NCBI GenBank assembly: GCA_964016885.1
Contig: OZ024741.1
Coordinates: 212,908,001-212,972,000, forward strand
From: Eledone cirrhosa
Lineage: Eukaryota
DNA length: 64,000 nt
Direction of reading: 5' to 3'
Shown here: positions 54,779 to 64,000 of the stretch, piece after piece
Position numbering within the stretch: the stretch's first letter is position 1
Layout of the letters: the number at the start of each line of letters is the position of its first letter
Made by a program: the position numbers and the translations under genes
Notes under the pieces: model-generated
What the model was told of the DNA's origin: nothing
The model's database searches: none
Seen by the model: the letters and a program-made list of their open reading frames with translations, nothing else

Positions 54779-55145
54779 AAGAAAAAAGATCGTGTCTGAT
54801 TGTGGATGTGGCCTGCCCGTTCGACACGAGAGTGCAAGAGAAGGAGAGGGAGAAAATTAACCGATACCAGGACCTAAAGTGGGAGGTGAAAAGGATTTGG
54901 AACTGCCATGAAGTCAAAGTGATCCCGATTGTCATAGGCGCACTGGGGACTATCTCCAAAAGTTTCCAGGGATGGTTAAAGAAAATCGGCCCCTTCACGC
55001 TTTTTGGAACGCTTCAAAAGGCATGCTTGCTTGGAACAGCAAGAACCCTCCGATACGTCCTGAATATCTGAGGCTGCAGGTAGTGGCTTGATATTCAATC
55101 CAACGGACTTTCCAGTTAACCAACATCAATGACTGAGATTCAAGG
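54779..55145 (+). mobile_element. 5'-truncated copy of the R4/Dong element
   Basis: Matches about 59714-60080 with only about three substitutions seen; flanked by (AAT)n(AAG)n on both sides. Confidence 0.95.
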
Positions 55146-55154
55146 AATAACAAC

Positions 55155-55229
<75 letters not shown>

Positions 55230-55395
55230 AAGAAGAAGACGCACGAGGTGACGGAGGTCATGAAATCGCTCCCGTAAGTTTTGAATTTTTAACATATTTA
55301 AATCATTTGTGAAATAACAACTCTTAGTACAAATGCTACGTAAAGCACCCGGCTTGAGCCCCCAAAAAATTCGGACCCAAAATATATTGTTATAA

Positions 55396-56043
55396 GGCTC
55401 AAATATTCAAATATTCAACTTTGTATTGTACACTGTATATCCAAAAAAAAATGGCTATAAATGGAAGAAGAAGAACCCCCCCCCCCTCCTCTCCTCTGGC
55501 TACACTATATAGGACAGCTAAACTCACCAACACCAGAAACTAGATACACCACCCACCCCATCATCTGTGTACACTAAACACAACAGCATTTTCACCTTCA
55601 CCGCCACCGCTCACTACGGCCATCATTACCACCACTATCCCATCACCGCCGCCACCACCCCTTGACTCCTTCACTGCTGCTGCCACCGCTACAGAACCAT
55701 CACTACAGTAATACGGCTCAAATATTCAAATATTCAACTTTGTATTGTACACTGTATATCCAAAAAAAAAATAAAATGGCTATAAATGGAAGAAGAAGAA
55801 CCCCCCCCCCCCCTCCTCTCCTCTGGCTACACTATATAGGACAGCGAAACTCACCAACACCAGAAACTAGATACACCACCCACCCCATCATCTGTGTACA
55901 CTAAACACAACAGCATTTTCACCTTCACCGCCACCGCTCACTACGGCCATCATTACCACCACTATCCCATCACCGCCGCCACCACCCCCTGACTCCTTCA
56001 CTGCTGCTGCCACCGCTACAGCACCATCACTACAGTAATACGG
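55396..56043 (+). repeat. Tandem duplication (about 319-327 bp units) upstream of the Dong ORF
   Basis: ggctcaaatattcaaatattcaactttg at 55396 and 55715; both units end cactacagtaatacgg. Confidence 0.92.
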
Positions 56044-56757
56044 TCGCATCACCGCCACCACTGCCTCGGTATCGACATCACCACCACCACTGTCTCAGTA
56101 TCGCCAACGCCGCCAGTCTCTGCTGGCTACCACTTCCACATTATAGAATTCCTACTACTAACAAAGAGGAAGGCATCAAAATATATAGATAGACTCAAAA
56201 GAAAAAAAGAAAAAACAAACAACAAAAGCAGCACAGCAACAACAGTAAAAAACGAGAAAAACAGAGAAAAACAAAAACAAAAAAAGAAACCCCAAAAACG
56301 TAAAGAAAATAAGAATGAAGAGAGAAGCAGGCGGACGGACAGAGAAGAGGGGGGAAAAAGTAAAACTTAAAAAACAAAAACTAAGTCAGACATTCGAATA
56401 CTACATTACAATGAAACTTATGCTTATTCATTTTTGGGGCCCTTTCTGCCCGTGTGTTTGTTTGTTTATGTGTGTCCGTATACAGCGTGGTGATAATGCC
56501 ACACAAGGGCCAAGTGGGATGGCGGATCCACAGATGGCTATGTAAACATACATTCGCCAATCCTCGATAAGAGTGTTTAAATATCGAACATAAACAGTTC
56601 GAATAACGGTGAAATGGAGACTAGAACGTCATGTGACAGACTCTAACCCAACAGGTGCCCCCTGGCTCAGCAGCAGGAACCTGACTGTCAACCAAATACT
56701 GCTGATGTTGGAGGAAGAAGAAGAAGGAAAGGGGCCAGAACCAACTGGACGAAAGAA

Positions 56758-59700
56758 TTGAATAGAACTGTTATGCAATGCTACCTGAAAAGTAACCCCA
56801 AGGAGAGGGGCTACAGGAGACGGATGCATAACATCTGGAACGAGATTGGTTTATTTAAATTAGATGAACAAAAATTGGCCGGGCAGGCTCGGGTAATAAG
56901 AACTAATGGGTGGATAAGCGAGCTGGAACTGGAGGAACTGAGCAGAGAGAATGGCTTGGAGATGGCGGGTGTAGTATGCCAGACAAGCGAGCCGGCGGGA
57001 AATGAAGGTGAGGAGGTCCTGAGAACGGAGGAACCACCCGAAGCAGACAATGATCTGAATACTGAGATAAATAATACCTGGAACAGAGATACGGCCACTG
57101 AGGAGATGAATGCTGACGGGCTAGGACAAGATTCGGTTGACATCCTAAATTTAGTGGTAGATGAGTTGAACAATGATAGTGGGAGACCTATGAACCTAAG
57201 ATTTGTAGACAGGAAAAAGTTAAAAGAAACAACAGCTAAGGTAAACAAAGTCATCCCATACCTTGAGGCGAGGAGTCTTCACCAGTGCAACAATATCCTC
57301 AAAGCAACAGCAAATACGGTGAGGAAACTACTTGGTATAAAAGCGAGAGGAAACAACAGACAAGAAAGAGCAGAGCCGTGGTGGAAGAAGCGACTGAGTG
57401 GGCAAATCGGGGAAATGAGAAATGACATAGGAAAGCTTGAGTCACTACTGAATGGGACACTAAAAAACATAGGCACTAAAAATAGACTGGAAATAAAATA
57501 CAAAACTAGGAGTAAAAAGCTAAATATTATCATAGAGGAATTGAAGCAACGCATTGTAGCAAAGAGTGCCAAAATCAGGCGATACGAGAACAGAGTCAGT
57601 CAGTATAAACAGAACCGCATGTTCGACAACAACCAGAAGATGCTGTTTGGACAGCTTGAGGGGAAAGAAAGAGGCAACGACTTGATCCCTGGGGCGGAAC
57701 AAGCTAAAACATTCTGGAGAGGAATATGGGAGCAGGATGTTAGACACAATGCCCAGGCAGGGTGGATTGAGACAGTACAGAGGGAGATCGGTGAGCAGGC
57801 ACAGCAACAGACTGATTTGAGTATCACAGTTGAAACTCTTAAGGGGCAAGCCAAAAAACTAACCAACTGGAAATCACCAGGCCCAGATGGTGTGCAGGGG
57901 TATTGGATTAAACATTTAACATCCCTCCACCCGAAGCTGACGGCCATGTTCAATGACTGCTTGGTGTCGGGTGAGGTGCCAGAGTGGTTGACAAAAGGTA
58001 CCACAGTTCTGATAATGAAAGACCGAATCAAGGGTAATGATGTTACCAACTATAGACCTATCACATGTCTGCCCGTAATGTGGAAACTGTTGACGAGCAT
58101 TGTGTCTGAGGAAATCTACCATCACCTCCACACAAACAACTTGTTGCCGGACGAACAGAAAGGATGCCGAAAGAAGTCACGTGGTACAAAGGACCAGTTG
58201 CTTATTGATAAGATGGTAATGGGGAATTGCAGGAGGAGACACACTGATCTTGCCATGGGATGGATAGACTACAGAAAGGCATTTGACATGGTGCCTCATT
58301 CCTGGATCACCAAAAGCCTGGAGATCTTCAGGGTGGCAGATAACATCAGACAGTTGCTGGGCAGGAGTATGGGGTCCTGGGAGACAGAGTTGACATCAAC
58401 TGGAGTATCCTTGGGAAGCGTGAAGATCAAGAGAGGTATCTTCCAGGGAGATAGCCTGTCCCCTCTGTTGTTTGTCCTTGCCCTGATGCCCTTGACCATT
58501 ATGCTGCGAAAAGTGAGAGCAGGATACAAGTTGGGAAGGGGAGAGCTTACCATCAATCACCTCCTCTTCATGGACGATCTTAAGCTCTTCGGGAAAAGTG
58601 AGAAGGAGTTGGATGTGCTTGTTGACACTGTCCGTATTTTCAGCAGTGATATATGTATGCAGTTTGGTATTGGTAAATGTGGAGTCATTGTGATGAGGAG
58701 GGGTAGTTTGAGCAGAAGTAACGGGATCCAGATACCAACAGGTGAGATGATAAAGGAAATTGACTCTGAGGAAGGATACAAGTATTTGGGCGTTCTGGAG
58801 GCTGATGGCATAAAGAACAAAAAAATGAAGGAATTGTTAAGAACTGAATACATTCGGAGAGTAAGGAGCGTATTGAAGTCACATCTGAACAGCAGAAATG
58901 CCATAAGCGCAGTAAATTCCCGAGCTGTGTCTATTATTAGGTACAGTGCGGGAATTCTGAGATGGAATGTTGCTGAACAAAAAGAAATGGATAGGAAGAC
59001 TAGGAAGCTATTGACTATCTACAACATGTTCCACAAGAGGAGTGATGTCGATAGACTCTACCTAAGGAGATCTGAGGGTGGAAGAGGTCTTATCAGCATA
59101 GAGGACTGTGTTCAGATGGAGAAAAACAACCTATACAAATACGTGACCTATAGTAAGGAGCCAATGCTCAGAGCTGTACTGAAGGAGGGGACAGTAGGCC
59201 AGGGGATACCCAAGGAGGAAATAACATCAAGGAGGAAGAGCAGCCTTAAGGGAAAATCCCTTCATAGTACCTTCTTTGAGAAAACTGAATTTAGAGATCC
59301 ACAGACATGGAACTGGTTGAGAAGAGGAGACCTCAAAAAGGCTACAGAAGGAATGCTAATGGCTGCGCAGGAGCAGGCCCTCAAAACGAAGTGGTTGAAG
59401 CACCATATCTACAAGGAGGAGGCTAGCCCACTGTGCAGGATCTGTGGAGAGAGAGAGGAGACTGTGGCTCACATTGTGTCCGAGTGTAAACACCTAGCCC
59501 AGACCCACTATAAGGGCTGGAGACACGATGTGATGGGCAGGGTGATCCACTGGCACCTGTGCAAAGTAAACAATCTACCACATTCTGAGAAATGGTATGA
59601 GCATAGGCCAGAGGCGGTGATGGAGAACAGTCAGGTGAAGGTGCTGTGGGATTTTAGGATACAGACGGACAAAAAACTGGAACACAATAGACCTGACCTG

Positions 59701-60006
59701 GTGGTTGTGGACAAAGAAAAAAGATCGTGCCTGATTGTGGATGTGGCCTGCCCGTTCGACACGAGAGTGCAAGAGAAGGAGAGGGAGAAAATTAACCGAT
59801 ACCAGGACCTAAAGTGGGAGGTGAAAAGGATTTGGAACTGCCATGAAGTCAAAGTGATCCCGATTGTCATAGGCGCACTGGGGACTATCTCCAAAGGTTT
59901 CCAGGGATGGTTAAAGAAAATCGGCCCCTTCACGCTTTTTGGAACGCTTCAAAAGGCATGCTTGCTTGGAACGGCAAGAACCCTCCGATACGTCCTGAAT
60001 ATCTGA
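56758..60006 (+). CDS. R4/Dong ORF: reverse transcriptase, CCHC zinc knuckle and PD-(D/E)xK endonuclease
   Basis: 1082 aa open. Motifs SPGPDG, NYRPITCL, EQKGCR, WIDYRKAFDMVPH, GIFQGDSLSPLLF, HLLFMDDLKL, YKYLG, GGRGL, CRICGEREETVAHIVSEC, RHD, RPDLVVVD...IVDVACPFD...KINRYQDL. The frame stays open back to 56647; an in-frame ATG at 56614 is cut off by TAA at 56644. Confidence 0.95.
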   Translation: MNRTVMQCYLKSNPKERGYRRRMHNIWNEIGLFKLDEQKLAGQARVIRTNGWISELELEELSRENGLEMAGVVCQTSEPAGNEGEEVLRTEEPPEADNDLNTEINNTWNRDTATEEMNADGLGQDSVDILNLVVDELNNDSGRPMNLRFVDRKKLKETTAKVNKVIPYLEARSLHQCNNILKATANTVRKLLGIKARGNNRQERAEPWWKKRLSGQIGEMRNDIGKLESLLNGTLKNIGTKNRLEIKYKTRSKKLNIIIEELKQRIVAKSAKIRRYENRVSQYKQNRMFDNNQKMLFGQLEGKERGNDLIPGAEQAKTFWRGIWEQDVRHNAQAGWIETVQREIGEQAQQQTDLSITVETLKGQAKKLTNWKSPGPDGVQGYWIKHLTSLHPKLTAMFNDCLVSGEVPEWLTKGTTVLIMKDRIKGNDVTNYRPITCLPVMWKLLTSIVSEEIYHHLHTNNLLPDEQKGCRKKSRGTKDQLLIDKMVMGNCRRRHTDLAMGWIDYRKAFDMVPHSWITKSLEIFRVADNIRQLLGRSMGSWETELTSTGVSLGSVKIKRGIFQGDSLSPLLFVLALMPLTIMLRKVRAGYKLGRGELTINHLLFMDDLKLFGKSEKELDVLVDTVRIFSSDICMQFGIGKCGVIVMRRGSLSRSNGIQIPTGEMIKEIDSEEGYKYLGVLEADGIKNKKMKELLRTEYIRRVRSVLKSHLNSRNAISAVNSRAVSIIRYSAGILRWNVAEQKEMDRKTRKLLTIYNMFHKRSDVDRLYLRRSEGGRGLISIEDCVQMEKNNLYKYVTYSKEPMLRAVLKEGTVGQGIPKEEITSRRKSSLKGKSLHSTFFEKTEFRDPQTWNWLRRGDLKKATEGMLMAAQEQALKTKWLKHHIYKEEASPLCRICGEREETVAHIVSECKHLAQTHYKGWRHDVMGRVIHWHLCKVNNLPHSEKWYEHRPEAVMENSQVKVLWDFRIQTDKKLEHNRPDLVVVDKEKRSCLIVDVACPFDTRVQEKEREKINRYQDLKWEVKRIWNCHEVKVIPIVIGALGTISKGFQGWLKKIGPFTLFGTLQKACLLGTARTLRYVLNI

Positions 60007-60109
60007 GGCTGCAGGTAGTGGCTTGATATTCAATCCAACGGACTTTCCAGTTAACCAACATCAATGACTGAGATTCAAGGAATAACAATAACAATAATAA
60101 TAATAATAT

Positions 60110-60140
<31 letters not shown>

Positions 60141-60173
60141 AAGAAGAAGAAGAAGAAGAAGAAGAAGAAGAAG

Positions 60174-60208
<35 letters not shown>

Positions 60209-60235
60209 GGACGACGACAACAACAACAACAACAA

Positions 60236-60390
60236 TAATAATTGTTTCTACTTTTGGCACAAGTCCAACAATTAATCCAGTACATTACTGGTACTTTATT
60301 TTATCGACCCCGCAAAGATGAAAAGGCAAAGTTAACCTCGGCGGGATTTGAACTCAGACCGTAAAGGGGCGTAACTTTATGTTGCAAATC
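60236..60390 (-). mobile_element. tRNA-derived SINE, 5'-truncated
   Basis: aattgtttctacttttggcacaag...ttaacctcggcgggatttgaactcag. Confidence 0.85.
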
Positions 60391-61146
60391 GTGAATAATA
60401 ATAACAATTTCTTTATTAACTACACATGGCTGACACGGAAACATTAAAAGCGACATAGGAAGATACAATGCGGCTTTTTTTCTTATAAGAATGTAACAGA
60501 AGCCCAGATAAAAAAAATCATGTAAAAAAACATTATTGAAAAGTTTAGCTGCTCCCCAAAAATATATGTGAACGTCAGCCCCCAGACACACATTCAAGAC
60601 AACTACATGTACTAAACCCACCTTTAAAAAATTGACCCTTAATACATGTCAATACACAGCGTCATCTTCTCTCCTTCTCTTCCCTCAAAATATCACACAC
60701 ATCAGTGAATAGACATAATTATGAACAATATAACACACACACATACTCAATCACATTCTCTCATTCAGTCACTAAACAAACACCGTAACCCACACAGTAA
60801 GTTCTCCAAATTCTATTTTCTCACGCTCGATGCACACACTCATGTATTATATGTTTTGTTTTTTTTCAGTAAATGAAACAGTTATTCACGGAGTTACCTC
60901 CATCGGGCCATTAAAAAAAAAATTATTCATTCTCCTCTTCCTCTGGGATATGGTCGTTACGTCTTGTTCAAACACTTCAAAATGGACGTCTGAAGAAGGG
61001 CTGACGTAGCGATTAGAATCATGCAAGCTAGTCAGAGCGTGAAACCTGGGTTTGCGCATTGATTTATGTGTGTAAATTAGCTCTGTGTGTATATATATAG
61101 AGAGACTGTCTTTGTTCTCTCTCTCCGCACACGCTACACGCATATC

Positions 61147-61708
<562 letters not shown>

Positions 61709-61735
61709 GTATATATATATATATGTATGTATATA

Positions 61736-61780
<45 letters not shown>

Positions 61781-62499
61781 TGTTTTTTAATGGAAATTAT
61801 TGTTACATTCGCTTGACTCCTAATCCTCGTCATTTCGTACATGATATCTGCCTTTGTAATCATGACTGGCTGACCAACCCTGCGTCAAATGTCTGTGATC
61901 ACAGTTCAAAGGCGGTCTCTGTTCTCGATGTTGTAGATGGACAGCCTGGAGTCGGATGAAACCATTCTGGGTGAATGCCGACTTATTTACTATTAAGAAA
62001 TTCCACCCACTTACAATCTCCAACCTTGAACCTTTCTCGTTAACCATATTCATACAATAGCTACCTTTATCGTGGGAAAACAATTTAGCAAGTGAATTAA
62101 TAGCTATTTGTAAAACGATGTTACAAAGGAAGGGGAAATCGACAAAAAGATTATGATGTACAAACATTCTTCCTCGTCGTTTTGGATTACATGGGCGCAA
62201 TTTAAACACTCAAACATCATGCACTGAATAAATTTATCCGAATTATTGATTTAGCTATTCCAAAAATTTGATATTTTGTATGTTATCTCTATGGAACGAG
62301 AGAAAATCCAGAACCACCGTTCGATGTAATATTATATTCTACATCGAGCATTGTTCATGTTTAGTTTCGTTCAAAAACAATGGTCTCACAATTCTCTAAT
62401 TCCCAGTGTGTGACCAGTCAACTAATCTATCTCGATTGCTGAGTTCTACTCATTTCACTTCAACTAATAAAATTATATGAATAAAAAGGCAGTAAATGG

Positions 62500-62935
62500 A
62501 CCTCCGTCAGTTTCAGAGATGAATGTTACAGTTCAATGAAACAGCTTGCTCTTGCACCTGACATGCAACTGGCTGGGTATTCCACACATAACTTTAACGA
62601 TTAACGTGGGTCACAGAAAAGCTTCAGAGTGATACAGTGTGTGACAAAGTTCTCTCTTTGTATTACAGGTACAGTCAATCTTGTAATACACTATAAGTAG
62701 CGGAGTATTCAGCAGGAACAAGTACACTTAACTTAATATTCGGGCTGGTTCATTTTGGCACAGTGTCTGACAAGGCTAGCTCTATGAATGACAGTTAGAA
62801 CTCATTGCTTTCAAGCTGAGTGGATTGGTGCAGCGTTAGTAAAGTATCTTGTCCAATGACACAACGTACTGCCGAGTATCAAATTAGAGATATTACGATT
62901 GTGAGCCGTACACCCTTACCATTAAGCCACGCTCT
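62500..62935 (-). mobile_element. Old tRNA-derived SINE of a second family (diverged plus-strand copy near 29270-29560)
   Basis: Minus strand starts gcgtggcttaatggtaaggg (A box) and continues tgtgtcattggacaagatacttta...ccactcagc, a conserved-core-like segment. Confidence 0.55.
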
Positions 62936-64000
62936 TTCACCTATTCTGCCACTCGTATCCCCTCTTAAATATACAAGCCCATACACACTCATTCAGTCAG
63001 TCCCATTATTGTAGGACTGGATTTGTAGAATATCTATAAAGGTAAACTATATTTTAGAAAAAAACATATTGGAGCTAGAGATAAGACAGTCTCAGGAGAG
63101 ATGAACTGCAGAAGGTGTTCAGAGAGGAAATGCCAAGAGAGAGATTTGTGCTCTTAACCTCATTGTTAATGGCCAAAAATAAAGGCTTTGCGAATGGGGT
63201 GTAAATGAAAGTATATAAAATATGTTTATGTACAATAAACAGACGAAAATTTCTCTATGAATATTTAAGCTGTGATTACATCACATCTATCCCAGTAGCC
63301 AGTGACAATGTCTGACTCCTGTTTCTGAACTTTTATCCCTCGTGATATTTACTCGCTTGTTACCGAGACGAGAATAGTTTAGCGCCTTTATGGTGTTTGC
63401 AAATGAAACATTGGCTGGAGAGTCCATCTGCATTTCGTGCGATCTTAATTAACTAGGATTAATTAGCAGTAGCACTAACATAGCATGGTTTATAATTTGC
63501 GCTATTTTATGTATCCAACTGTATGTAAATCAATTTGTACGGTTGTAGAGTTATCTATATAAATGGAAAGGTTACATTATTTACTATTTTACTTGAAGCT
63601 GATGTTTACCTTCTAGTTGACTTGTTTCAGATATTAGAAAGACAACTTTAGAAGACAACGACACAGATTCTGTTAATTATGTGTCGAATTTCAATATGTG
63701 GACATTTCCGCTATAAATTCTGATTTCATCTTAAACAAAACCAAAAAATCACAAATCCTAATTTTATTACGTGAATCTCTTAATGCATGGCATTGTTAGT
63801 TAAGTAACTAAGATGTCAAATTTAAATATTCTCTTCTGGTTCACTACTTTAATGTAACGTAAATTTGCTTTCATGGTTTAACGTTGAAAGGGTGACTGTA
63901 TCAATTTAAACTTATTATTCGGGTTATAGTTTTGCTTCACGGAATAAGGTTAAAATAAAGACTTGTACATCAGAAAATGTTTCTTATCTGTTTAAACATT

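Larger units (their letters stand above)
55239..60080 (+). mobile_element. R4/Dong-clade non-LTR retrotransposon (restriction-like endonuclease), near full length; 5' boundary uncertain
   Basis: Single large ORF, 74-nt 3' UTR ending gagattcaagg into (AAT)n. The 55239-56613 segment follows (AAG)n directly and is taken as the 5' leader by inference. Confidence 0.88.

Noticed and set aside
61820-62209. 129-aa minus-strand ORF in unique-looking sequence
   Set aside because: No recognisable domain and a non-ATG start; left unassigned.

Overview
A 64-kb AT-rich animal genomic window, most likely octopod (inferred from the SINE and RTE tails). It has no recognisable host gene and consists of (TA)n/(CA)n/(CT)n/(AAT)n microsatellites packed with mobile elements. 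Protein-coding elements: two internally deleted mariner copies, a 5'-truncated Tx1/L1 LINE, a full-length decayed Penelope-like element (Naiad type, RT plus C-terminal GIY-YIG, with direct and inverted pLTRs), a second Naiad 3' end, a nearly intact R4/Dong element plus a truncated twin, and CR1-group and RTE fragments. There are also many tRNA-derived SINE copies. The most interesting content is non-coding: about twenty type I hammerhead ribozyme (HHR) motifs, intact or mutated, read by eye. Two ORF-less tandem-repeat families (monomers of about 470 nt and about 318 nt) carry one minimal HHR per monomer and look like non-LTR retrozymes. They share RNA architecture, one shows compensatory base changes, and they insert into (TA)n with the same inverted-arm-plus-tail geometry as the neighbouring Penelope-like element. 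Most ORFs in the supplied track are translated microsatellites. All folds and alignments were done by eye and need computational and biochemical confirmation.
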